A stretch of 63,994 nt of DNA, the filler included, from Octopus bimaculoides (Eukaryota), in the NCBI RefSeq assembly GCF_001194135.2. It is 4 parts of 4 records of this genome, joined end to end, with 100 filler letters (N's around TTAATTAATTAA, not from the genome) between each part and the next. Parts side by side here need not be neighbours in the genome. Positions count along the whole stretch, not along the records: positions 27,633 to 51,966 come from NC_068983.1; positions 52,067 to 62,699 come from NC_068988.1; 2 more parts are not named here. One strand, 5' to 3'. The notes under the pieces were generated by a model. That model worked only from the letters and a program-made list of their open reading frames with translations. It was not told the DNA's origin and ran no database searches. Position numbers and translations under genes: made by a program. Of the stretch, positions 41,604 through 53,455 are shown piece by piece (within the stretch, counting starts at the first letter, position 1; each line of letters starts with the position of its first letter).

Positions 41604-41805
41604 CCCTTTTGATGCTAACCCACCTGAGACTGTTCTTGGTCCTATGATACAAGCTTAATGTGTTAAAATGATCTAAATTAAAACTTTCTATCAAAATCTC
41701 ATGCTAATTTTTGTTCCAAGTACCAGCCCAATAACGACAAAGTTATTTTCAAAATCAATTGAATCAAAGTCAGCCTATTTCAGCAGAAATATGGTAAGAA
41801 GAGGG
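41604..41805. mobile_element. Second piggyBac-like MITE family
   Basis: TTAA|ccctttt...aagaggg|TTAA with a different interior. Confidence 0.65.
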
Positions 41806-44585
41806 TTAATCCATTGCTCAGCTGAATGCTCCCACTTTCTGTCACATGGTCCAATTCTTGTAGTTTGGTGATTTGTGTGTCTCAATGACTCTGAGAGTTA
41901 TATCAGTGGATATCCCATGCAGGGAAGGTCAACTGAGGGTGAACTAATATGGACTGTCACTTCTTAGAGATAAAAATGGGTTTATGTAGGGCCAACACCC
42001 CTACCTAGAAAAAAAGCAAAGTTACTGAAGCATTAATGACAATTCAAAACCAACAAGATCAAAGAGACGAAGGCGTTTCCTTAGGGAATCCACAAGGGGA
42101 AGAGGTAGCAGAAGAGAGAATGCTATAAACTATGGTAGAATTGAAAAAGCAGAAAAAACAGCCAGAGTCAAGAACAGTGAAGAAAAGTTATTGATGGTAA
42201 ACACTTCATAAGGAATGAAGGGTTTAACCCTTTAGCTTTCTGATTACTCAGTCAAATGTGATGATCATTCATTCATATGGTTTTAAATTAATCATACATT
42301 ATCTTCTAGCTTCAAGGTTTTGATGATGTGATTGCTTATATTTAGAATGACATTCTAGGGTAGGTGTGAGAGGTAAAATCTGATTGGTTTGAACATAAAA
42401 CAGGTAAAATATTTGGACTGGATATGGCTGGTTAAGTAAGTATTTAGGTGACTTTAGCAAATTTCTCTTTTGCAATGATTCAGGCCAATTCATTAGGTTG
42501 AATATAGCCTACCTTTCAGTTGTCACAGCGGCCCTGAAACGGGCTATCAGCATTACTTTTCCTCTTCAGACCAAACGACAATGAAAAAGGCAGCAGAGTG
42601 TCTGGGAGTTTTACCTTTGATAGAGTTGTTTGGTTTGTTAATGCTTCAGAATCAAGAAGTAATTCAGAAACTCTTCAGTTCTTGGAGAATTTAGGGAGCA
42701 TTTGTTTACAATATGCTGATGAGTAATATCAGCACATTATAATTAGACTACAAGACAGTAAGAAAGATTCTATATAATCATTTGACCTGCTAAAAATAGT
42801 AGTAAAATCTCTATCAAACCACACATTACTGTCTTCAAAAAGGACACATTGAATATGGCCTGGAGAAAAGATGTGATGTTCATGAAAAGAATGCTTTTGA
42901 TTACATGTTTGCTTGATCAGGGTTGGTTTAGGGATAAGCAGCAACAATAACAATATCACCATTATACCACCACCATCAACAACAACAACAGCAGCAGCAG
43001 TAGCACCACCGCCACCACCACCACCACCAAAAACAACAACAACAAATACACATTGATGTACATCATTATTCAATCCTATCTACTTGCCAATAAGCTATCA
43101 AATATGAAGTGATTAGCAGCATTCGAATTGTTTGTTTGTAGGTCAACATATTAACAGCATAGCTATGAATCCAACTTCATTGATGGTTTATTAGCAGCAA
43201 CTACTTGTATGTATTAGCATTGTATGTATTGTCATGCTACAAGTATGTATTGAGATGGTAGGCTTAACATACAGTCTGTTTTAACACTACTGGATAATTC
43301 TTGGACTTTCACCCTGTTACAAACATTAAAACCAAGCCCTTAGTCGTCTCCTTACCTACGATTTTCTTGCAGATATTATCTCAAGCTGAATCAGCTACAT
43401 CACCCTCACTAGTCCATAATGGCTTTCAAAGGTTATGGCATGCTCTTCTACCCCAGACTTACTTAAAGAAAAACAACCAGAAGTTACAGGAACAGATGCC
43501 AGCAACATTTGTCCAATGGTTTATATTCATCAAAAATGCTAACAGTAATCCAGAAGTTATATTAATCAATGCCAACATTTATCTCCAAGGTTATACAGAA
43601 TATTACTAAACATTAAACAGAAAGCTATAAAAATTCATGAATGGCCACATTGCATGAATACTAAATGCTTTTGTATAAGGAATAGTATCAGATGTTTATT
43701 ACATATATATTTGCAACTTTACAATGTTGGAATTATAAGCCTCAAATATTACCATTTTACTGCAAAATTAAACAAACTGGAAGCATTTTAAAATTATAAA
43801 CATTAACTACAGAACTAAGAAGTATAATGATGATTCCAAAATTTAGCCAAATTCTCTTCAGACTAAAACCAACTAAATGTTGAATTTAGTCTGAATAATA
43901 CATTACAACTAATAGCTCATAGATGTACTGTTTATTCTCTTTGTTACTTCTAGCGCTGTTACAATAGACTTTGCTTGTCTCAACTAGCACATTGTTGCAC
44001 CTGTTTATCATTCATTTCTTGTCCCTGCTATTTTGTCTTGGCTCATGAGTCCATGTTTAAGCATTTTTGTCTCATACTGTTTTCCTTCACATGCAACCCT
44101 CTGGAATCCCCTGCTGCCCATATTTTCTACAAACATTAACATCATGTGAAGGAGTGTGCTCTAGTGGTTGGGGTGTTAGGTTCATGATCGTTAGATCATG
44201 GATTCAAGTCTTTGCCTGGATTGCACGTTATGATCTTGAGCGATGAGTAGCTCATTTCACATTGCTCCAGTTTACATTGCTGGAAATGAATACTAATGGT
44301 GTCTGAGGGTCAACCTTGTAATGGGCTGGTGTCTTGTTTGGAGGTGAGTCCATGTACTGTCAGATATTTAAACACTTCAGAAACCCAGACAGGCTCTGGT
44401 TTCATCATGAGCTTGTAGGCTGAGGCAGACATTAACATTACAGAAGTTTAAACTGAATGTCAACTGCAACAACATAAATCCCATAACCAGAAAGAATTCA
44501 CAAAGCTCATAATCATTTCTCCCTTCTCCAATCTGCTGATTAATCAATAACAAAAAGTAAGCAACAGAAAAGTTATTTTTCTTAC

Positions 44586-44735
44586 CTCATGCATAATGAA
44601 GTCATTGTTCTCATCACTACTACACTCCGTTTCAGAACTGTCTGTACTTGGGACAAAGGTCTCAGAGTTTTCTGAAGAATCCGAGCTTTCATCTGTTGTC
44701 AGCTGCAGATCATATCCAATATCTGATACTTCCAT
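44586..44735 (-). CDS. PARP6: PARP6/PARP8-like mono-ADP-ribosyltransferase, first coding exon (MEVSDIGYDLQLTTDESSDSSENSETFVPSTDSSETECSSDENNDFIMHE); full exon 44586-44764
   Basis: Acceptor ttttctaatgtcttatgttgcag before 44764; donor GAG|gtaaga; ATG in strong Kozak context (aatacaATGg); acidic N-terminus as in PARP6/8; phase 0 matches the next exon. PARP6 vs PARP8 cannot be resolved (probably the single pre-vertebrate ortholog). Confidence 0.75.
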
Positions 44736-45361
44736 TGTATTCAGTGTTGATACTAACACATTATCTGCAACATAAGACATTAGAAAAAAAATATTTATTT
44801 TGTATTCTGAAGTAAATAGCATATGAATGTGTGTAAGTAGATTTTGGTATCATATCTTTATGTGTAGAAATGAGTGATTTTATTCTATAGTTAGCTTCCA
44901 AACATTTTGTGTCATTTAGCCAAACTAAATTCACTGGTGTAAATAATTAATAATATCTATTAATCCAGCTGTAGAAACTCTGCCAAATCAGACTGGAGCC
45001 TGGTGTTGCCATCCGGTTTCACCAGTCCTCAGTCAAATCGTCCAACCCATGCTAGCATGGAAAGCGGACGTTAAACGATGATGATGATGATGATGATGAT
45101 GTCAATTTATTATACAAAGAATATATGCATGTGTGTAAGTGTATGTAAATAAGTAAGTATATGTTTGTGAAATACACTTACATATATTTTATGTGTGTGT
45201 ATATATATCTGTATGTATGTATATTACTTTAAGCAGTTTGATTTGGTTTCATACAACTTAAAGTTTTGCAAGCCTCTAACAGAAGACTGTCTCTTTCAGA
45301 TTTTACATTACTAAATTTATGTATGTGTGTGTATATATATATATAGCTCCCCTCTCTCTCA

Positions 45362-45395
<34 letters not shown>

Positions 45396-45399
45396 ATAT

Positions 45400-45555
45400 A
45401 CTCTCTGAGTGGTTGGCGTTAGGAAGGGCATCCAGCTGTAGAAACTCTGCCAAATCAGACTGGAGCCTGGTGTTGCCATCCGGTTTCACCAGTCCTCAGT
45501 CAAATCGTCCAACCCATGCTAGCATGGAAAGCGGACGTTAAACGATGATGATGAT
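45400..45555 (+). mobile_element. RTE 3'-tail copy ending in (GAT)n
   Basis: Essentially identical to 44965-45100 and 22350-22512; other copies at 20905-21058(-), 21995-22290(-), 23365-23680(+), 25372-25700(-), 31865-31960(-) and 50920-51058(+). Confidence 0.85.
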
Positions 45556-45582
45556 GATATACACACACACACAAACACATGC

Positions 45583-45618
<36 letters not shown>

Positions 45619-45881
45619 ATATACACACACATATACATACACACCCACACAACACCCACACATATTTATATATAACCATCATTTTATAAAGTGTGCAGGG
45701 TACTTTGTTTTACCATGGCAGCTGTATTTGTGAGGATATTTTATTACTTGCAAGACTATAGAGACTCCTTGCTTGAAAGGGAGAATACAAGATAGATGCT
45801 TTATGTGAAGTGTGAAGAGAATAATGTATGATGGGAGGAGCAGGGACTGGTTTGTTGCATGCATGTGTGAGTGTGTGTGTG

Positions 45882-45918
<37 letters not shown>

Positions 45919-46317
45919 ACGTAGAAATTCATAGCTATCTCACATTTTTACATAGGTGGATGTGGTCAGAGAAGTACCAGAAAGAGCAGTAAACTTTGAA
46001 GAGGTGCCAGAATGTACCTTCAAGGAAACATGTCTAACTTAAATAGAAAAAGAGACGGGAGAATCAGTGTGTGAGTGTGTGTGTGAGTGTGTGTGTTTGC
46101 GTGCGTGTGTGTGTGTGTTTGTGTGCATGTGTGTGTGTGTGCAAGCAAGTGAGGTTGCAAGAGTGGTGGCGAGTGAGAGATGGGTATAAAAATCAGCTGA
46201 AGGTGCTTAGATGTATATAGGAGGTAAATATAGTAAATTTTGAACAGGGATGCAGGTGGTCGATGGTAAATATGAGTGGGAGTGATAATGGTAAGAAAGA
46301 GGGATGGTAAGAAAGAG

Positions 46318-46530
46318 GTGGCAAGCTGTCAGAACCGTTAGCATGCCAGGCGAAATACTTAGCGGTATTTCGTCTGCTGTTACGTTCTGAGTTCAAATTC
46401 CGCCGAGGTTGACTTTGCCTTTCATCCTTTCGGGGTCGATAAATTAAGTACCAGTTACGCACTGGGGTCGATGTAATCGACTTAATGCCTTTGTCTGTCC
46501 TTTTTGTCCCCTCTATGTTTAGCCCCTTGA
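46318..46530 (+). mobile_element. tRNA-derived SINE family C (core gactttgcctttcatcctttcggggtcgataaa, Meta-core-like)
   Basis: B box gagttcaaattcc; copies at 15818-16030(+), 24788-24890(+), 24400-24560(-), 26300-26470(-), 27640-27832(-) and 36140-36360(-). Superfamily assignment is from memory. Confidence 0.7.
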
Positions 46531-46899
46531 GGGATGTCAATATGAAGTAGGTGGCAGGAGGAACCCAGTTGTGTGCATTAATGGTGTACAGACACATTAT
46601 GTTTCAAGGACATAATGTGTATATATATATGTATATGCAGAGGATGTGTGCGTATGTGTGTGTGAGTGCGTGTGTGTGCATGTGTGTAACTTCATACGCA
46701 TATTGTTGTACAACTCTTTGAGGAGACTGAACAGTTTTATTAACAGTTAGTGACTAAAATCTGCATTAGTTGAAGACTCAGTAAGAATTGTAGTGATATA
46801 ATATTGTCATCCTAACATTCATGACTATTTTAAAATCTAGTCCATAAATCCTAGTGAATTACCTTCCAAAGCTTCCAGATTGAGGGACTTTGATATTGA

Positions 46900-47520
46900 A
46901 AGATACAAATCTATGGTATCAAACTGAGTGAATATACAGGCTGCTTAATGTGACTTCAAAACTCATCTCCGAAATATATAGAAAAACTAATATTGCAATG
47001 TTTAATGAAATAAACACAGAAAGAAAAGAGTAAGCCACTCTGTTAAAAACAGAAGACCCTGTGGTACCCCATGCTTAAGGATAACAAATCTGATTTTCTT
47101 TCCAATAATAAACTCTAAATGTAGGCTGATTAACCCTCCTAAAAATGAGTTAGGTAAAGTAAATTTGTCCTTGATGCTATCAATTCTGATACGAGAAGGG
47201 TCAATGAATAGGTCCAACAGAATTGCAGCACTTTCACTATCAAGTGGTAATGCAATATTGAGTAGAAAGCTCTTGAAGAGAGTTAAGAAGAGGAAAAACC
47301 TGACTCGATCCTCCTTTTTTCTTAGATGTCTTTCTGAAGATAGCCAGAAACATTTTATTCCTCACTGGACACCATTTTCCAAGCATACATATCACAAACT
47401 TTATAAGTATATTATAAATATAAAGATTAGTCATTTCTACCAAGACAATGTCACTTTCAATATTACATGCTACAACAGTAAAAAGTATGCAACTATGCAG
47501 TTTTTATTCTGGACACCTAC
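46900..47520 (-). mobile_element. Highly decayed L2/CR1-type LINE RT fragment
   Basis: KWCPVRNKMFLAIFRK (about NYRPVSNLPFLSKILEK), LDSESAAILLDL and HGVPQG in the expected order. Confidence 0.55.
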
Positions 47521-49302
47521 ATACAATTGCTAATATCAATCCATTTGTCCTTATTGGAGATTCAGCTTGTTCTTGGCAGTGTGTCATAGATTGACCCACT
47601 CTCTAAATGACAGTATCTTCCAAAATTACTCAGCGCTCCCAGCCAGCAAATTCAAGGGTTGGTTCACTCAACATATGTAGTCCTTTAGGTCTGGGAATAG
47701 GGAAAATTCCACCTTTCTATTCCATATTATTTAGAGACTCTCAGATCAAAGTAATGACCTAGCCAACATAATCTGAGGCATGCCTGACAAGAGCTCTCCT
47801 TATTTGCTCAGAACATATAGCTACCGTCTCTGCCACTCGGAAAAACAGCACATATTGAAACAGCATGCCATATCTCTTAAAAAAACAAAAAACAAAAAAA
47901 AAATCATACCATTTCATCAACATAGCTCCATATAAATTTGAAGCCATTAATTGATAGTAATGTTTCATAACTTTAACTGTATCTTTAGTGAAGTTCTTTT
48001 AAATTTCAACTGGAATATTTCATGAAAGCAAAGGTCTATTTTTATCTATTGAGTTACAGCTATTCCCTTTTCAGCTGCTACTAATACAAACACTTAGTAG
48101 TTGCCTAGCAGTCATCTCTCAAATGAACTGAGCTAACAGGACTGAAATTTATCCATCAACTTTCTTTAAAATTCTGGAGACCCTGCACTTGGATGTAAAG
48201 GACCTAAAGAATCAGATATGGTTTAACATGTGTGAAACATTGAATAATGTAGATTTAAAACATTAACTGTTAATACATACCTACATGATGCATGCATATG
48301 TATGTACATACATACATACACTATAAATTAACAGCTAAAATAGTCAATATAAACAACATCAAACATTACACTTTTGTAAACATCAGTAAGAAGATGACAC
48401 TGGAAAGTTTTGCCAAGAGTGTCTTCAGCATGGAGAATTTACAGTTAAGTGCAGGCTACCATACATGAGGTGGTGACAAGAAAATAATTTATAATTTATT
48501 TACGTTACAATCAAAATGTAAAAGTCATTAGTATTAATGGAAATTTATTTTCTGAAAGGGAAACAAAAAGAACTTCTCCAATTTCAATCAACCAAAAAGT
48601 AAATAAATAGATGAAAGACAGAGGGAATGTTTCTGAACTTTGGCCCTGATGGCAACTCTAGACAATCTTAGTTCATTCAACAACTGCCAAGGTCTCAGAA
48701 TGACCAAGAAGCCTGACTACGTGCAGTGCTAAGTGACTGACATCACCAATAAAGTAGGCAGTGATGTAGTGGATAGATATTTATGCTCAATTTGAGTGAA
48801 AAGATAATTCTAAGTCAGAAACTCAGTGTAGAATAATCAGTAATGTGGTCATCTGGCAAAATGATAAATACAGATAAACCATAACAGGTTTGTAATTATT
48901 TTTCCTGATCTTAAATTAGTGTTAATAAAAACATAATGTTTCATATTAGGTCAAAGTATATCTTTAAAAAAAAAACCTAATTTAAAGGTCCAATATTCTC
49001 AATTCAAAAACCTAGGATTAGGATAGGGTCAATCTCATAGCTGTTTTTATAGGCATATCCGATTTCCAAATCTTTCTCTCACATTTTTTGCACTCAAAAA
49101 CTATTATAATCCACCAAATATAATGCTAACTAAAACTGACATACACTTAGTTCACTTCAGACCACGTCAGTGGATGAACTTTGAATAAAGTTGCATAGTC
49201 AAACAACCAGTTGAAAGTAACTGAATGAAAATGCAATTTCATGATGGTTATGCAGCAGAAACGTCCCTTGGACACATTTAAATCATTTATGCTTATAAAT
49301 AT

Positions 49303-49338
<36 letters not shown>

Positions 49339-51183
49339 GTAGTTAATTTACTACTTTGCATCTCCATAACTTAAGGCATATTATTTTCACATTATTGTTG
49401 AGGCTGTATCAATTCAAGTTGTCTTACCACTATCACTTCCTCAGCTACTCCCCAATGCCATAAACCACAGCTACCTTCATAGACATTACTATAAGATTAC
49501 AGTAATAGACTGAGAAAACATAAGATTTGAAATTTGATAGAACAAAAATTTAATGTTAAAGATGAAAGAAAATATAGTATACACTTTACCCTAACAAGGC
49601 ATCTACTAAAAAAGATAAAGGTAGGAAAGAAAACAAATAAAGGAAAATGAGGAATAGAAGGAAAAAGAAAGAGTGGAAGAGAAAGAGAAAAAAGACACAA
49701 AAACAAAGAAAAGAAAAGAAAAGTAAAGTCATCTAAATGTTTCAGTGAAGTAGAATGTCATTGGCTAGGTTATTGATCCGTGACCAAATAATTTGCCACC
49801 TAATAATATATGTATTATTCAAACATATGTCTTCCCCTAGTGGACAGTTATTACAAAGGAGATAATCATTTCTACATAATATTTGGTGGGATCAAAAATT
49901 TGAATTTGATATTAAAGAATTATAAAATGTATAGAATTCACATGAAAGACACACAGGCATATTAGATGCATTGCAATTTCAAGAGTGCATATTCATGAAA
50001 AAGTTTTTTAGTGCATTAAAGCATGTGATGTAGGTCTAACTTTACATATAGGACTTGGGGTGATTTTTTGGATTTTTTTTTTGAAAAAAATGTGTTTTAT
50101 ATTTAATCAAATAAGGTACTTCAAATTTTTATTTTTGTTAACTTATTAGGCACAGGCATGGCTGTGTGGCAAGAAGTTTGCTTCCCAATCACATGGTTCT
50201 GGGTTCAACCCTACTAGCTTGCTGCCTTTGAGGTATTTCTAATTTTGTGACAAGCCTTTTTTTCAGAGAAAAATAGAGGGAGAGAGAGAGAGAGAGGAGA
50301 GAGTGGGAGTGAGAGAGTGAGAGAGAAAGAGACAAAGTTATATAAATCACAGAATTTATTTATAATATTTTAATGGAACTTATTTTGTGAACTAGTAAAT
50401 TTGAATGAATTTGTATTCTACAGGAAGACATGATTTCTAACATATTTGGCATAGCCATATTCTAAAAATAAGCAGGAAAAAAGGGACATAAAAACCTGTG
50501 GTTTTTCTCTGAAGAAGGAGCCTTTTGAAACATTGAGATTAACTTGCAATACCAATGGTATAACAACTTAATCATATTTGCAAATTGGTTATTGATTTTT
50601 GCAAATGTAAATCCCATTCAGTTATTCAGACTTGTTTTTATTTGTTTATTTGATTAAAAAAAAAAACCCTTCTGAGATTAAAGGTGTACGGTGATAATGA
50701 TAGAATTTGAACTTAGAGCAATGTGACACAACAGATCAGCCTATATATGCTAAATGCATTCTAAATGCTAACCCTCCTCTTAGTAAAAGTGATAGTTAAT
50801 GTTAAGAAGTAAAAGGATGTGAAATAATTTGAAGCGACAAAAGATAAATGTGGTAGCAGAGCAATCCTATGCATAAAAACTTTGTTCATATGTGCATTTA
50901 TGTGTGTGTGTGTGTATGAGTGATTGGTGTTAGGAAGGAGCATCCAGCTGTAATAATCCTGCCAAAACAGGTGCAGAAGTCTGGTGCAGGCTTCTGCCTG
51001 GCCGGCTCCTGTCACACCTTCCCACCCATGCCAGCATGGAAGACAGATGTTAAGCAATGAATATATGTATATATATATATATGTATACGTACATACATAT
51101 ATGCATGTAAGTCATCTAATAGTATAAGTCAAGAAAAAATGCACTCATATCGCAGTGTACAGTATTATATATCCATTACGGCC

Positions 51184-51268
51184 AATCTTACCAATTGGTT
51201 TCACGCTAGGTATTCAATGGAGTGTAAGGTAATAGTCCGATTATATAACCCTGAGCTCATCAGAGGTA
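51184..51268 (-). ncRNA. Degenerate type-I hammerhead ribozyme motif (Penelope pLTR-like)
   Basis: acct-CTGATGA-[stem II gct..agg / cct agc]-GAAA-CCAATTGG (palindromic stem III)-TA^agat; an inverted, more decayed copy lies at 51294-51378(+). Confidence 0.55.
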
Positions 51269-51431
51269 GCCATTTTTCATTCTATAACAGTTACCTCTGA
51301 TGAATGCAGGGTTAAATAATTGGACTGTTATTTAACACTCCATTGAGTCTCTAGCACAAAACTGATTGATAAGATTGGATGTAATGGATATGTAATACTG
51401 TATACTTCGATCAATATATATATATTTATAT

Positions 51432-51895
51432 ATTCTCTTTTTGGAATATCTTGAAGCACACACATAAAACTTTAAATAATAAGATGTAAATGTCGGGTTG
51501 AAAAACCCTTTTGGATAGAAAAAGGCTGTGGTACTTGAACCTAGGTCTCCTGTAGACATAATAGGTGTTCAACCATTGTACCAAAGTATCCCTTTGAATA
51601 TCTCTATTCATTTTTGTTAACTTTAGTCAAATCAGTAAGAACTATATGTCTACAGATGTGGGTACAACATATTCTCTCAGGTAAGAATGAAATTAACTAA
51701 AATGGATAAAGAAATTCAAAGGATTGCTTTGGTACAATGGTTGAATACCTGTCATATCTACAGTAGATGTGTGCTTGAGTCACACAGGTAGCCTTTGACT
51801 TTTCCTATCCAAAAGGATTTTACAACCCAATATTTACATGCATATCTACATTCATAATTTTATGTGTGTGCTTCGGAATATTCCAAAACGAGAAT
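51432..51895. repeat. Foldback: two ~195-bp diverged inverted arms containing a tRNA-like A/B-box segment
   Basis: attctctttttggaatatcttgaagcacacacataaaa.. versus the reverse complement of ..tttatgtgtgtgcttcggaatattccaaaacgagaat; shared core gtgttcaaccattgtaccaaag. Confidence 0.85.
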
Positions 51896-52134
51896 TAGTG
51901 CAAGTTGTCTAGTACATTTATAAAATTCTTATGGTGTCAACAATTTTTACATATATATATATATATNNNNNNNNNNNNNNNNNNNNNNNNNNNNNNNNNN
52001 NNNNNNNNNNTTAATTAATTAANNNNNNNNNNNNNNNNNNNNNNNNNNNNNNNNNNNNNNNNNNNNATATATATATATATAAATTCAAAGTAAACAGAAA
52101 ATGGAAAAATATTAATCAATAACAATTGACTTAC

Positions 52135-52267
52135 ATCAATTATTATTTATTAATTCAATACAAATAGACTGTATCCCATCTAACAGCTGTTTCTGCTTCC
52201 ATTGTTATAAGGTATTACTATTGATATTCTAAAAATTATATTCATCATATTAGGTAATAAATCCGAT
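52135..52267 (-). other. Candidate non-coding 5' UTR exon of the PARP6/8 gene (overlaps a Penelope-like hammerhead relic)
   Basis: Long pyrimidine tract plus ccag acceptor and perfect gtaagt donor; stops in all frames; another donor (ATG|gtatga) lies near 52367. No transcript evidence. Confidence 0.3.
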
Positions 52268-52294
52268 CTGGAACATGGAGTTTCATCAGAGTGA
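52177..52294 (-). ncRNA. Degenerate type-I hammerhead ribozyme motif (Penelope pLTR-like) with a long stem II
   Basis: cact-CTGATGA-aactccatgtt...aacaatggaagca-GAAA-CAGCTG-TT^agatg. Confidence 0.5.
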
Positions 52295-52775
52295 AGAAAA
52301 ATATATACATAAAAGAAAAGAAGAGCCTCGAAGGGAAAAAGAAAGGCTTAAAATGTTTGAATCATACCATTGTGCTTATGTGTCGCTTTAGGACGTTGAG
52401 TAAACGACTAAACTTAAAATAGTTATTGGTGGGTTATTTTTTCTATAGGTGTAATAGAGTGGATAGATAATAAAAAAAAGTAAAACTTAAGGAAAATTAC
52501 AATAACGAAATACGCCAATAAGTTTAGTCAAAGAGGGAGTGAGGGTGCCATAACGTTTTGAAGTAATCATAATAGTTCTTAATAATTATGTCTATAGTAC
52601 TAATTAATAGTTTTTATCGTAATAAAGTGTCCGACAATTAATTTCTGTAATTTACTTACATATCAGTAAGTAAATAATTGAAATTAATAGTCGGGCATTC
52701 AGACCATATTATTCAATTTAGCTATCGATTTTAAGACATTCGACTATGATTTCAAGCTGTGATTTGTGATTTAGG

Positions 52776-53048
52776 CAGTGCCGTCTTAAAGTATTGATAC
52801 ATGGGGTAGTTGCTCAGGGCCACCACAAGTCTTAGGGGCCCAATTATGACTTAAGAATGTATGTGGCTTGCTGTGAATAAATACTGTAGGGCCTTATGCA
52901 CTGATTTCTGGGACCCATAATGCTACGAAGATGGCGGGGCAAACCACAAGTCTTAGGAGCCCAATTATGATCTATGTATGTATGTGGCTCTGTTGGGCTC
53001 TGTGCACTGATTTTCTCTGGGGCCTATAATGCTGCTAAGAGGGCTATG
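52776..53048. mobile_element. hAT-type MITE with internal tandem duplication of its 3' half
   Basis: TIR cagtgccgtctta / taagagggctatg; 8-bp TSD GATTTAGG / GATTTCGG; about 110-bp unit duplicated at 52821 and 52944. Confidence 0.75.
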
Positions 53049-53110
53049 GATTTCGGTGCTACTTTTCGAGGCTTGCATTTTAAGTAGTTGAAGCGTTGTT
53101 ACTCATGAAG

Positions 53111-53388
53111 TCAAAAGTCTGCATGCAAGGGAGTAAATTTTAAAATCTGGTTTAAAACTGTACCTTGATTTGCATTTCCAACTGCTATACCAGTAACTTG
53201 AACTTCACAGATGTGGAGAAACTCTGTAAAACTTGATACACGCTGGATCATAACATAACGAGCGATTGCAGTACATTTTACAGAATGGATGTTCCCACTA
53301 GCTTTTTCTGATACTTCTGAACACTCGGAGTTGGTGTTTAAATAATGAGCACGGAAAGCGAACACTTTGTAATATCTTGAAAATTCAA
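53111..53388 (-). CDS. F-type lectin exon 3 (FEFSRYYKVF...ECSEVSEKASGNIHSVKCTAIARYVMIQRVSSFTEFLHICEVQVTG...ADF*)
   Basis: Acceptor attttcattatatatcttcag; phase matches exon 2; ARYV-x-I and LxICEVQV match the F-type C-terminal GRYV..LxLCEVEV; stop at 53111-53113 gives a 178-aa precursor. Confidence 0.85.
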
Positions 53389-53411
53389 CTGAAGATATAT
53401 AATGAAAATAA

Positions 53412-53455
<44 letters not shown>

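Noticed and set aside
42513-42533. 21-nt minus-strand microexon candidate (gtttcag|GGCCGCTGTGACAACTGAAAG|gtaggc)
   Set aside because: The only open frame is phase 2-2, incompatible with the phase 0 intron between PARP exons 1 and 2.
43301-43609. 102-aa plus-strand ORF in non-repetitive sequence
   Set aside because: No recognisable motif, TTG start, no supporting splice pattern; length is within chance expectation.
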